From NCBI GenBank assembly GCA_018992685.1, contig JACVGT010000011.1:178094-242093 (forward strand): 64,000 bases of DNA, written 5' to 3'. The notes below the pieces were generated by a model. That model did not search any database. It was not told where the DNA came from and saw only the letters and a list, made by a program, of their open reading frames with translations. Both the position numbers and the translations under genes were made by a program. Shown here piece by piece: positions 48,595 through 58,678 of this stretch. How positions within the stretch are numbered: the first letter of the stretch is position 1; the number at the start of each line of letters is the position of its first letter. The DNA comes from Theionarchaea archaeon (lineage in GTDB: Archaea > Methanobacteriota_B > Thermococci > Methanofastidiosales > SZ-28-30).

Positions 48595-49764
48595 ATGGAT
48601 GTTGGAATTGTGGGAAAGCCAAATGTAGGAAAATCTACGTTCTTCAATGCCTGTACGCTGGGAGCAGCAGAGGTGGCCAGCTACCCCTTTACCACCATCA
48701 AATCCAATATTGGGGTTGCCTTTGTCACAGCCCCCTGTCCTTGCAGAGAACTGGAGATTCAATGCAGTCCCAAGAACTCCCGGTGCATCAAAGGTACGCG
48801 CCTTATTCCCACCCGAATCATTGATGTGGCTGGCCTGGTGCCAGAAGCCCACTCTGGAAGGGGATTGGGAAACAGGTTCCTGGATGATATCATGCGTGCT
48901 GAGGTGCTCATCCACATCATTGATGCTTCGGGGAAGACAGATGAGGAAGGGAGGCCCACCGACCACCATGATCCCCTGGAAGATGTTAAGTTCCTGGAAA
49001 AGGAAATCGATGCCTGGTTCCTTGATAGACTTTCCGATAAATGGAAAAAATTGTCCAGGAGGGTGAGTTCAGAGCATCTAGATCTCCACAAGCTGTTGGC
49101 AGAAAAATTCAACATTGTCACAGAAGAGGACATTCTGAGGGCACTTCACACGACGAAATTTGATGCTTCACGACCTGATTCCTGGAGTAACCAGCAGTTG
49201 CAGGAGTTCTCCGTTGAATTAAGGAAGATTACCAAACCAATCGTCATTGCAGCGAACAAGGCAGACATTGCGCCCGAAGAGAATATTGAACGGTTGAACG
49301 AGGTTGGAGCTATTCCAGCCAGTGCAGAGGCTGAACTGGCTCTCAGAAGAGCAGAGATCCATGGATTGATAACCTATGTCCCGGGGAGTGACCGTTTTGA
49401 CGTGAATTCTGACCTCAACAGTGCCCAGAAACAGGCGCTGGAGAAAATACAGCACTTTCTAGATCGGTTCGGATCCACAGGAGTGCAGGATTGTCTGAAC
49501 CATGCAGTGTTCGATATATTGGATCGCATTGTTGTATACCCTGTAGAGAATGAGCATCACTATTCGGATTCCTTTGACAATGTTCTCCCTGATTCATACT
49601 TGATGCGCACGGGTGACACTTCTCACGATTTGGCGTACAAAATTCACACAGATCTGGGTCAAACTTTCATCTATGCAGTCAACGCCCGGACGCATATGCG
49701 TATAAAGGAGGACTACAAATTACAGAATGGCGATATCATCAAAATTGTGGCCGCTGCCAAGTGA
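48595..49764 (+). CDS. ychF: Obg-family ATPase YchF
   Basis: GKPNVGKST, YPFTT, DVAGLV, NKAD, C-terminal TGS domain. Confidence 0.93.
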   Translation: MDVGIVGKPNVGKSTFFNACTLGAAEVASYPFTTIKSNIGVAFVTAPCPCRELEIQCSPKNSRCIKGTRLIPTRIIDVAGLVPEAHSGRGLGNRFLDDIMRAEVLIHIIDASGKTDEEGRPTDHHDPLEDVKFLEKEIDAWFLDRLSDKWKKLSRRVSSEHLDLHKLLAEKFNIVTEEDILRALHTTKFDASRPDSWSNQQLQEFSVELRKITKPIVIAANKADIAPEENIERLNEVGAIPASAEAELALRRAEIHGLITYVPGSDRFDVNSDLNSAQKQALEKIQHFLDRFGSTGVQDCLNHAVFDILDRIVVYPVENEHHYSDSFDNVLPDSYLMRTGDTSHDLAYKIHTDLGQTFIYAVNARTHMRIKEDYKLQNGDIIKIVAAAK

Positions 49765-49804
49765 TGCGGAAACCTTTATAAAGATGAACTCGTTTCAAAG
49801 GACA

Positions 49805-50539
49805 ATGGACCGCTTTAGGTGGGTAGCTCTGCATAGTGTTGAAAAGAACCTGACAGCAGGGCGAGGTGAAATCTGGCACGAAAGGCTCGGTAAAAGTAGG
49901 AAGCATGTGTTATGGAGAAGTGGGGAAATGCTCCTTGTTATACTGCCAGTGATTGGATGTATCTTTCGGTATTCTCTTGCTTTTTTGGGCTGTGGACTCG
50001 TGGTGTGCGCTCTTGTGGGACCTCCCTTTCTTACCAGGAAAGACACAGCCAGCAGATCCTCTCCTGAATTGGAGATGCCCCTCGAGCTGGGACTTGGGTA
50101 TGTCGTTTACGAAAAGACTCCTGACACGAGTATACAACGATTTCAAGTGCATGTTGAACAGGGAGAAAAAGGACTATTGGTCTCCCGGAAATTCCCCAAA
50201 CATACCACGAGCAAACACAATCTCGACAACGTGGAATGCGTGTGGCTGAGCACTGCAGAAGGCGAGGAAAACTGGATTGATCCCTGTAACCTCTCCAAGC
50301 TGCACCACGTCATGACAGATTTTATTCGCAATGCTCCTGTTTCTATTGTTTTCTTTGAAGGATTTGAGTACCTGATGGTGAGGAACAGTTTTCTGACTGC
50401 TCTGAAATTCGTCCAGAGTATCATGGATGAGGTGGTCCTGCATCAATCGCACTTGATACTTTCTATTAATCCAGACGCCTTCAGCAAGGCAGAACTAGCA
50501 TTAATCAGAAGAGAATTGTTAGAACTGGACGTTGGTTAG
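49805..50539 (+). CDS. DUF835 domain membrane protein (start uncertain)
   Basis: GLLVSR, VWLS, FEGFEYL..N.F and SINP motifs of the inactive KaiC-like DUF835. Confidence 0.8.
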   Translation: MDRFRWVALHSVEKNLTAGRGEIWHERLGKSRKHVLWRSGEMLLVILPVIGCIFRYSLAFLGCGLVVCALVGPPFLTRKDTASRSSPELEMPLELGLGYVVYEKTPDTSIQRFQVHVEQGEKGLLVSRKFPKHTTSKHNLDNVECVWLSTAEGEENWIDPCNLSKLHHVMTDFIRNAPVSIVFFEGFEYLMVRNSFLTALKFVQSIMDEVVLHQSHLILSINPDAFSKAELALIRRELLELDVG

Positions 50540-50874
50540 GGTACCATTTCATCGAGAACCTGAAATGCATGCCTGAGGTGGGGGATGGTGATGGAGCCTC
50601 CTACCACGAGGGCAACATTGAGTGCATCGTAGAATTCCTCTCGGGTTACTCCCAGGTCTCTACATTGAATAATGTGGTAGGTTATACAATCGTTGCAGCG
50701 GAGAACGGTGGAAGCCACCAGTCCAAGCAATTCCTTAGTCTTTTCAGACAGGGCACCTTCCCGGTAGGCTGCAGCATCCAGGTTGAAAAAGCGGGTGATC
50801 CCCTTGTGGTGGGTGCTCAAGATTCTCTCGTTCATTTTCCTTCTGTATGTCTCGAAATCATCAATTGCAGACAT
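50536..50874 (-). CDS. Carboxymuconolactone decarboxylase/AhpD family protein
   Basis: GALSEKTKEL and CNDCITYH motifs. Confidence 0.88.
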   Translation of the reverse strand: MSAIDDFETYRRKMNERILSTHHKGITRFFNLDAAAYREGALSEKTKELLGLVASTVLRCNDCITYHIIQCRDLGVTREEFYDALNVALVVGGSITIPHLRHAFQVLDEMVP

Positions 50875-50972
50875 AGTTCTTCTAGGGATGAGACTCTTAA
50901 AAACAGTAGCTCTATTCTACCTGATGGGATCTTATGCAAACCTTTATATGAACACTCCCTCGAACCAGAAGA

Positions 50973-51677
50973 ATGCCGGTCCGAGCTGTTCTCTTCGATC
51001 TAGGAGAGACCCTGGTGGGAAATAATCTCAACACATTTGAAACATTTCACAGGATTTTGGAATCTGCAGGGTTCACTGTCTCCGTCAGACAGGTTGAAGA
51101 GGCTTTTCATCTGTTGAAAGATGGTGAAGGTGTGGTTTTCGACCAACTCCAGGGTAAGATACCGCCACAAGACTTATACAGCCTGTGGGACAGCATGGTT
51201 TTGCGGGCACTGGGCATTGAAGATGATGGAACTCTTGCAATTGCTATTGATAACCAGTGGAATGCTGTCAGCAGCCCTTTTGCATACCCGGATGTTGCTC
51301 CTTTTCTGGCATTTCTGAAGGAGAGGGGAATTAAAACAGGAATTGTCTCCAATGCGTACCAGGAAGAAATCCAGGATATTCTAGAGATCGTAGGGCTTGA
51401 CCCACGAGAATTCGGTGTCATTGTAGGAGGAGACACGGTACACAGAGCCAAGCCTGATCCATATATCTTTCAATATGCTGTGGAGACTCTGGGGATACCG
51501 CCCAGTGAGGCAATATTTGTAGGAAATCAAATGGAAAAAGACTACACTGCAGCAGAAAAGGCTGGGTTGGTTCCTTTCTTGGTACTACGATCTTCGTCTG
51601 GCACTCTACCAGAAGGGATACGGACGGTGACAACCCTCGAGGCATTATACGAAGTCGTGGAAGAACACATCCCGTGA
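50973..51677 (+). CDS. HAD-superfamily hydrolase
   Basis: FDLGETL, IVSN, KPDP and FVGN...D motifs. Confidence 0.9.
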   Translation: MPVRAVLFDLGETLVGNNLNTFETFHRILESAGFTVSVRQVEEAFHLLKDGEGVVFDQLQGKIPPQDLYSLWDSMVLRALGIEDDGTLAIAIDNQWNAVSSPFAYPDVAPFLAFLKERGIKTGIVSNAYQEEIQDILEIVGLDPREFGVIVGGDTVHRAKPDPYIFQYAVETLGIPPSEAIFVGNQMEKDYTAAEKAGLVPFLVLRSSSGTLPEGIRTVTTLEALYEVVEEHIP

Positions 51678-51824
51678 CCCTTTCTTTGAACTAGAATGAG
51701 GTTTGAAATGTCGAAGGTCAGGAGCGGGCAGAATCAACAATTAACGTGAGAAATCGAACTATCATCAACCATAAAAAAACAAAAAAGAGAAAAGGAATCG
51801 TGCTGATCAAGGAAACCAGTCAGG

Positions 51825-51992
51825 TTACCAGTTGTACCAGCTCCTCATCAATGCTGCATCAGTGGTGAACTGACCAACTTTGGTCTCCGATTGATCAGAG
51901 TAATCTGGAACGTGAGATACAGTCTGAGAGACAGTCCTTCCCAGACGTGCAACCCTGTTTCGTACATTTCCCTTGAGATTTGCAACACTCAT
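51825..51992 (-). CDS. Putative 55-aa small protein ending SWYNW (not in ORF track)
   Basis: MSVANLKGNVRNRVARLGRTVSQTVSHVPDYSDQSETKVGQFTTDAALMRSWYNW*; SD AAGGAGGG, upstream GAAATGTTTATATA box, downstream long oligo-T tract. Confidence 0.65.
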   Translation of the reverse strand: MSVANLKGNVRNRVARLGRTVSQTVSHVPDYSDQSETKVGQFTTDAALMRSWYNW

Positions 51993-52222
51993 GTTAGATC
52001 CCTCCTTTTTAATGTTTAAGACCCCACAGGTCTATACTATTATCAGAAGGTGAATATATAAACATTTCGACAAAAAAAGTACATAAAACGTAAAATATGG
52101 TAAAATAATATTACATATGGGCTTTTTCTACAGAGGAGATGTACTGGATGTGGTTGGCATGCATAACGTTTATATGCCACACATTTGTACCGAATAGAGG
52201 AGGGAATATCATTACCCCCACG

Positions 52223-53761
52223 ATGAAAATGCTGCTCTTGATAGACAAGCTCAGTAAAGAGCAGCTTGAGGCCCTTCTTGACGGGGAATCTGTGACCTGT
52301 GAGGATCAAGTTCTTGCTCTGGACTCTCTTACAGAGAATGGAGAGCTCAAGGAACCCTACAGGACAGCCCTGGTGTTGAAGGTACTGGGCAAGACAACAG
52401 GTGCATTACTGTGTGCTCTCAGTCTAATTGACTGTGAGGATGGTACCTACGGGAGGAGAATCGGGCAGGCACTTGAGAAGGACGATAACTACATTCGCCA
52501 GCTTCTTAACATCATGGAGTTGATAGGGATTCTAGAATCTTCTGAAGGGAAAGGGAAGCAAAAGATATTCACTGTGAAGGAAGATCTGATTATTTTACCC
52601 CGTGACCAACTTGCCCGCTTGGTGGAGGGGCATCCTGTGTCCATTGAATTGCTTATCTCACGGGAACTGGATAAGGGCTCTGTCTGCCTGGAAGATTTGT
52701 TTTCCAAATTATATGATGATTCTATCAACCAGATTGTGCAGCCAGATGAAAAGAAGGAGAAATTTGAAATCGGCCAGCTCATTGAGTCTCTGATCAAGAG
52801 TGGCGTGGTGCGTACGTTCAAGACGTCCTCCAGAAAGCGATTGACTCAGGAAGGATTCCCTACGTTCTATCAACTCCTGGAGCTTTTGAGAACAGTGAAG
52901 GAGAGAATCCCCAAGGATGAGCAGAAAAATGTGAAGAGTTCTGACCTCACCCGTATCATTGAGGAGGAGCTGCACAACCGGGATGAAACAGGAGAACTTG
53001 CCAGGAGGTACAGGAATTATGTTCAATACCGTATGCGGAAGCAGATTGTCACTGCGGAAGGGACAGCTTCCATTGACTTTGCCACGCTGAAGAACCGTAT
53101 TGACAAGATGGCAGACCAGAAAGAACTGCATCTGTCCAGCAAAATGAGAAATGTTCTTGCTGAAGATCTGATCACTGGCCTGAAAGGACTGCCCATAACC
53201 TCATTTAAGGACGCTTTTCTTGAAAGCTTCATTGACAATTTGCTGGAAGACAAATTCTTGATCACCTCGTCAGAGGACATGATGAACCAGGCGGAGACAC
53301 TTCTTCGTGTGGGCACCAGACTCTTGGAAAATGCCAGAGATATCCAGGACTTGGATGTATCCAAGAGCCGAGAGTTTGCAGCTGAAGCCAGTCTCAGTCT
53401 GCTTTCTCTCCTGTTGCTGTTGCAGGGAGAATCTCCCCCTCAGAAACTGTCTTTGATGAACAAAGCATTCTTCAAGAAGAAAGGGGATGGATCAGTTTTT
53501 GCATTGATGGTAGAGAACTTCTCGTCCCTGAAGAAGGACAAGGAGATGCAGGAGAAAAGAGAGTTCATCGAAGTCGAAAAAGAGCTCAAAGAACAGTATG
53601 AAGCATTTGATGTGGGACGATTTCTCATCACCTATCTGAAAATGGTTTCAGGTGAAGCAGCAGAAGAGTTTTCGCTTCAGCAATTTGTTGAAGCCACTGA
53701 GGTTCTCCGATTGATTGGCGGGTTGCAATATGAATTCAGAACGAAGCAGATGGAAGGGTAG
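52223..53761 (+). CDS. Large hypothetical protein with wHTH-like segments and a C-terminal HEPN-like helical domain
   Basis: IRQLLNIMELIGILESSEGKGKQKIF wHTH wing; second LIKSGVVR segment; helical C-terminus; start uncertain. Confidence 0.7.
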   Translation: MKMLLLIDKLSKEQLEALLDGESVTCEDQVLALDSLTENGELKEPYRTALVLKVLGKTTGALLCALSLIDCEDGTYGRRIGQALEKDDNYIRQLLNIMELIGILESSEGKGKQKIFTVKEDLIILPRDQLARLVEGHPVSIELLISRELDKGSVCLEDLFSKLYDDSINQIVQPDEKKEKFEIGQLIESLIKSGVVRTFKTSSRKRLTQEGFPTFYQLLELLRTVKERIPKDEQKNVKSSDLTRIIEEELHNRDETGELARRYRNYVQYRMRKQIVTAEGTASIDFATLKNRIDKMADQKELHLSSKMRNVLAEDLITGLKGLPITSFKDAFLESFIDNLLEDKFLITSSEDMMNQAETLLRVGTRLLENARDIQDLDVSKSREFAAEASLSLLSLLLLLQGESPPQKLSLMNKAFFKKKGDGSVFALMVENFSSLKKDKEMQEKREFIEVEKELKEQYEAFDVGRFLITYLKMVSGEAAEEFSLQQFVEATEVLRLIGGLQYEFRTKQMEG

Positions 53762-53769
53762 TAGAGAGG

Positions 53770-55713
53770 CTATTCTGAGGATTTTCTTATTTTGACGGTG
53801 GTACTGTTGAAGGTGGGTCCTCCTCCGATTTCCTGGACAGTCTCAGGGGCCAGACTGTTTACAGGAACTCCGTAAAGGTCATTTCCCTGGCGTGGTATCC
53901 ACACGACCCCTGGGGGGATTGATACTGAAATCACAGCCTTCATCGTTATGCTTCCTACTTCATTGTACAGGACGAGGGCATCAGAGTCGTGTATGTCATT
54001 TTTAAGTGCATCCCGTATTCCTATGAACACCAAGGGTGGAATGGGGCCATATATGTCCTGGAACTGGGTGTGAGTATAATTTTTCATTGAACTGGTGAGC
54101 ATGGTGTAGTCTTCCTGATGCGGCGGGAAAGGGTGCTGAACAGGAAGGGATGGTACGTGACATTTCTCTGCCTGGGTTGAGGCCAGCTCGATTTTACCTG
54201 TGGGAGTCTGATATGTATCGCGCGGACGAACCTTGAGGGCAAGGCATGCGCCCTCTCTCAGGTCTGAGATCCTTCCATCCTCAAGTGCGTGTTTCAGTGC
54301 TTTTTCAACCACTTTCCAGCAGTCTTCATACACCCAGGCGTCATCCAGGTCAAGCCTCTGGGCAAGTTGGGCCATGACCCACAGTTCTGATTTACTCTTC
54401 CCCATTGGGTCAAGAACCTGGTTGGACTTTCTGACGTACCGGTGGCCCCAGGGAATGACCACGTCTTCTTTTTCAAGGAAAGTGGGTGCAGGAAGGACTA
54501 CATCAGCATAGCGGGCAGTTTCTGTCCAGTGCGTATCATGAACCACAACAAAAACATCATCTCTCTCAAATCCCCTGCGGACTGCTGAGACATTGGGTAG
54601 CGTCTGGGCAGGATTCATGTTGTGGACGTATACAAGTGTAAATGCACCCTGCTCCAGCAGGGACCCTACGGTGACCTGGCTCACAGATTCTATCGGTTTT
54701 TCAGTCAGGGATTCCCCCGTGAGAAACTGGTAGTCAATGGGAAAGCCCTGTGCATTGGAGTAGAAAAACCCTCTATGTACGCCCACTACCGCGGGCAGCA
54801 AAGAGACTGCTCTTACCGATTCAGCCCCATATACACTTTTCTGCATTCCTATACCTATTAACGTGACCTGGGACTTCTTTTGAGCGTATAAGTCGCCGAG
54901 GTGAGTAATTTCTTCCCATTTCACACCTGTAAGTGCTTCGACCTGTTCTTCCCTCCACTTCTGTGTTTCTCCTTTCAGCATGTCAATTCCATGAGTATAT
55001 GTTTTGATGAAGTCCCTATCGATGAGATCAGTTTCCATGAGATATTTCAGTATTCCATAAACCAGGGCGACGTCACTCCCTGGTTGAATCTGAATCCATA
55101 CATCCGCTGTCTGTGAAGTCTCGCTCTTTCTGGGGTCCACTGAGACTAGTACTCCGCCTCTTTTCTGAGACTTCTGGGATAATCGGTGAAAATGGGGGGC
55201 CGACACTGCTGCGTTGAACCCCCAGTACACGGTCAGCTCTTTCTCAGAGAGCTCATCAGGATGAGCCCCATATGATAGTCCATAGTGAAGGCCCACAGCT
55301 TCATGACCCGACTTACTGCATAGACTGCTGTCTGTCTGTGTGAATCCGAGAGCATAAAACAACCGCTGAGGAAGATAGGAAGAGAATAGTCCCTGGTTTC
55401 CGCTGAAGCACAGCTGCAAACACGATCGAGCTCCTTCTGATTTCAGTGTCTGTGCAAGAGATTCAGCTAAGAGATTCAGGGCCTCATTCCAGGACGTCTG
55501 CCGGAATGTATCGTTGACCCGCATGAAAGGATAGAGGATTCGGCTCTCACTGGTGGCACGCTTGATGTCCTGGTATCCGCGGGGACACAGGAATCCCTGG
55601 GTAATTCCAGCCTTGTCTCCCATGATTCGAACCAGTTCCTTGCCCCTTTGGGAAACAGTCATGAAGCAGGTATCATAGCAGTCTCGAGCACACGCAGTTT
55701 GAATATCAATCAT
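53770..55713 (-). CDS. Molybdopterin-dependent oxidoreductase (DMSO reductase superfamily)
   Basis: CARDCYDTC, GFLCPRG, WGFNAA, VDPR, PGSDVAL, TETARYADVVLPA and TPTGKIEL motifs. Confidence 0.92.
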   Translation of the reverse strand: MIDIQTACARDCYDTCFMTVSQRGKELVRIMGDKAGITQGFLCPRGYQDIKRATSESRILYPFMRVNDTFRQTSWNEALNLLAESLAQTLKSEGARSCLQLCFSGNQGLFSSYLPQRLFYALGFTQTDSSLCSKSGHEAVGLHYGLSYGAHPDELSEKELTVYWGFNAAVSAPHFHRLSQKSQKRGGVLVSVDPRKSETSQTADVWIQIQPGSDVALVYGILKYLMETDLIDRDFIKTYTHGIDMLKGETQKWREEQVEALTGVKWEEITHLGDLYAQKKSQVTLIGIGMQKSVYGAESVRAVSLLPAVVGVHRGFFYSNAQGFPIDYQFLTGESLTEKPIESVSQVTVGSLLEQGAFTLVYVHNMNPAQTLPNVSAVRRGFERDDVFVVVHDTHWTETARYADVVLPAPTFLEKEDVVIPWGHRYVRKSNQVLDPMGKSKSELWVMAQLAQRLDLDDAWVYEDCWKVVEKALKHALEDGRISDLREGACLALKVRPRDTYQTPTGKIELASTQAEKCHVPSLPVQHPFPPHQEDYTMLTSSMKNYTHTQFQDIYGPIPPLVFIGIRDALKNDIHDSDALVLYNEVGSITMKAVISVSIPPGVVWIPRQGNDLYGVPVNSLAPETVQEIGGGPTFNSTTVKIRKSSE

Positions 55714-55786
55714 CAGGTCACCGTAGTGACTTTGTCAGCCGCGCTTTTAATTGTTACTTGTTACCTCTGCCTTGTCTCCTTCGTTC

Positions 55787-55909
55787 ATCCATCTGCCCAT
55801 CAGCCCCAATTTCTGAGACATTCTTCACCGAAGCCTTTCTTGTTGCGAGGAAAGAAGAAGGCGAAGGTGGAGGTTTTTCCCAGATGCAAGAAGATGGGCA
55901 TCAATGGAT
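55787..55909 (+). other. Predicted long hairpin/structured element in a divergent intergenic region
   Basis: Nested pairings ATCCAT/ATGGAT, TGCCCATC/GATGGGCA, CTTCACC/GGTGGAG and GCCTT/AAGGC with a GAA/GAA internal loop. Confidence 0.45.
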
Positions 55910-56010
55910 CGAAATGGGGAATTTTCTCCCTGGCGGAGAAAAGAAGAACAAGAAAAAGATCTCTCTTGAACGTTGAGTGAAAGAGACTGTTGAAGGCCCG
56001 ATAGCTATAT

Positions 56011-56562
56011 ATGGCTGACTTCTCCAAGAGAAATGCGATGAATCACTTCATAGATACACTGAATTTTAGGATGCTCCAATTGGTTTTCATGATTCGGGAC
56101 GCAATCTCTCCTCCGGAGAAGAAGATTACAGAAGCAGGCGTGAAAACAGGATTTCTCGTATTGGATTATGGATGTGGGCCCGGGGGTTTCACCATTGCAG
56201 CCGCAAAAATGGCTGGACCCTCGGGCCGAGTGTACGCAGTTGACAGAAATCCTCTTGCACTGGAATCTGTGAAGAATAGAGCTCGAACAAATACCTTGTC
56301 CAACATAGAGCTGATTCACTCTGATTGCAGAACTGGATTGAAAGCGGGCGTCATAGATGTTGTTTTGATGTATGATGTCTTTCATGAACTTGATGCGTCT
56401 TCCAGCGTTCTCACAGAAGTCCACCGAATTTTGAAACCCTGTGCTGTCCTGTCTCTGAGCGATCATCACTTGACAGAAGGAGAGATCCTAACTGGGGTGC
56501 GTGGAGACCTCTTTGACCTAACACACAAAGGAAAATATACGTACACCTTTTCCAAGAAGTAA
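56011..56562 (+). CDS. Class I SAM-dependent methyltransferase
   Basis: VLDYGCGPG, VYAVD and EVHRILKP motifs. Confidence 0.9.
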   Translation: MADFSKRNAMNHFIDTLNFRMLQLVFMIRDAISPPEKKITEAGVKTGFLVLDYGCGPGGFTIAAAKMAGPSGRVYAVDRNPLALESVKNRARTNTLSNIELIHSDCRTGLKAGVIDVVLMYDVFHELDASSSVLTEVHRILKPCAVLSLSDHHLTEGEILTGVRGDLFDLTHKGKYTYTFSKK

Positions 56563-56736
56563 CTCTACCACATCTGATCTTTCGCTGCATGTTCCTCCCT
56601 CTGATTCATCCGAAGAAGTCCTTCTGACCTGGCTGAAGATTTGTGGCCTGTTATGACTCCTTATTCCATCTATTCAAACCTATTATCTTCTATCTTACTC
56701 ACTGTGAGGTATTCCTGCAGCCACCGATGACACCAG

Positions 56737-57132
56737 TTATACCGCGTATTTTCCCACGATGTAGGGTCCCAGAAGTGTTGTCAAGAGCATCAGTATCCAT
56801 ATTCTTCCTTTCAAAATGTTGTAATCAGTCAGAAGCCTTGACCACGTATGTCCAACAATGAAATGACCAAAGAGAAGCTCGAACGCAACAGTCAGACCAA
56901 GCCACATGACGCCGATCATGATCAGATCACTGTCAGTATAGTGAGCTGCAGTTAGCTTGAAGAACACGTACATTGCCAGAAGAGAGAATATGATGCCAGT
57001 CACTGTGCTGATCTGATGGGCATGCAGCTCTTCCATTGCAGGCCCGTACACCTCGTTCCGCAAGGTCCCATTTACGATAGCTACAAGAACCAGTACAATC
57101 CAAAAGCCGAGGGCTTGCCAGTAAATGTTCAT
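56737..57132 (-). CDS. Four-TM hypothetical membrane protein
   Basis: SD GGAGGT; NGTLR, HQIS, FELLFGH and GRIW conserved-looking motifs. Confidence 0.8.
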   Translation of the reverse strand: MNIYWQALGFWIVLVLVAIVNGTLRNEVYGPAMEELHAHQISTVTGIIFSLLAMYVFFKLTAAHYTDSDLIMIGVMWLGLTVAFELLFGHFIVGHTWSRLLTDYNILKGRIWILMLLTTLLGPYIVGKYAV

Positions 57133-57376
57133 TACGACCTCCTGAAAGTTGATTCTCCCTCTGAGCCAGTATAGTCTCCTAGACGTCCAGACTAATAAGC
57201 GTTTTGGCACTCCGATTTACTTTCAGAATCCGGGAACCGCGAGGCCTTCAACCATTACGAGACAGAACCATGATTTGACTGTGTCAAGAGGGAGTTTGGG
57301 AGATGGTTTGTGGTACACTGCAAAATTACAGGCAGAAGCCCTCCTGCTCTTGAAATGGGACCTGCATTTTCACAGA

Positions 57377-58537
57377 TCACCTGCGGTAGTCCACATCAAG
57401 GTAGGAAATCCAGACAGATAATGCTTTCTTGGGACACCCATCACTTCTCTTCATCCCCGTGTACACCCATATCTTCCCCAATTCCTTCAGTTCATCTGGG
57501 AATACCTCCAATAAATCCACGAAATCCAGCGGGGCCCAGTTAACCACAAACACAAATTCGTAGTCACATGCCTTCTTCAACAGCAAGGTTATGTAGGCTT
57601 TCTGATAATCTTCGTCAAATTCGAAGTCAAAGTCAAGTGCCCTGAAGCTCTGGGAAGGCACTCCTGTCTCTGTTACCGCAACTGGTTTTCCGAACTGGAG
57701 AGCAGCGTCAAAATAATCTTCAGGAACAGGATCCAATCTCTGGGAAGGATGTGCCCACAGGAAAGGGTAAATACTCAATCCCATAATGTCATTGTAGGGC
57801 ATGAACTCTTTTAGTTCCTGCACCTGAATGGAGCTGTCTGCACCTGCCAACCCCTTGATATGACCGAGGGTGAAAGATGCGAACACAGGGAGATCAGGAT
57901 ACTCCTTTTTTAGAGCAGCGTATACGTACTCGTGGAGGTCCGTGTATTGCTCCCACTTTTCAGGGTCTGCTGCAAGGAGTAAGTTAACCTCAATGCCGAT
58001 TACCAGGTAATCTGGGCTGAAATATTCCACCACACGGGTAGCATAGTTCAGATATGCTGTTTTCACCTCATGACTATCTAATTCATAAGTATCCCAGGGA
58101 GAAGGGAGGGGGAGATTATCTTTTTCTCCCCAGTACAAGGCAAGATTCCTACGGGACATATCCAAAGGAGTTATGGCCACCAGAACCTTGTGTGATCTGG
58201 ATGTGCCCTCCTTCTTTACCTTCCACTCGGTAATCAGATGGGTTGAGAATTCGCTGTCAGCAAGAGCTTCAACCCAGGGGATACCTCCGTCAAAGTGGTG
58301 GGCTATCAGGTCTCCATTGGTTTCAACGAATTTGTACATCTCTGAAATGGAGGCTGAAGTGGGACCCGGGGGCCAGCCGGTAAATCCCATGTAGAAAGGT
58401 CTTGACTGACAAGAGACAGGACTGGACTCAGGTGGTGAGCACGGGGTGAGATCATGTGATCTGTCGTTGCGACTGCCCATGAGTACAAGGATTAACAGAA
58501 TTCCCACGATAATGACGGCAAGCCACCTCTTCTTCAT
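57377..58537 (-). CDS. Secreted glycoside hydrolase-like TIM-barrel protein
   Basis: N-terminal TM, GIEVN and GKPVAVTETG clan GH-A-like catalytic Glu motifs. Confidence 0.75.
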   Translation of the reverse strand: MKKRWLAVIIVGILLILVLMGSRNDRSHDLTPCSPPESSPVSCQSRPFYMGFTGWPPGPTSASISEMYKFVETNGDLIAHHFDGGIPWVEALADSEFSTHLITEWKVKKEGTSRSHKVLVAITPLDMSRRNLALYWGEKDNLPLPSPWDTYELDSHEVKTAYLNYATRVVEYFSPDYLVIGIEVNLLLAADPEKWEQYTDLHEYVYAALKKEYPDLPVFASFTLGHIKGLAGADSSIQVQELKEFMPYNDIMGLSIYPFLWAHPSQRLDPVPEDYFDAALQFGKPVAVTETGVPSQSFRALDFDFEFDEDYQKAYITLLLKKACDYEFVFVVNWAPLDFVDLLEVFPDELKELGKIWVYTGMKRSDGCPKKALSVWISYLDVDYRR

Positions 58538-58678
58538 GAGGATGGAGTTCCTGTATCATTATAAGTTTTTCGTCTTCGGTGTTGTCAATAGAAGTGCTTG
58601 CGGGCATTCAAGGAGAATATTGGCCAGGAAAATGAGGATGAAGAACCCAATGTTTATCTACACCAAAAGGTGAGTAGT

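Noticed and set aside
55823-55872. Archaeal SECIS element
   Set aside because: Loop is GAA/GAA rather than GAA/A, it is not in a 3' UTR, and neighbouring genes show no in-frame TGA at a catalytic Cys position
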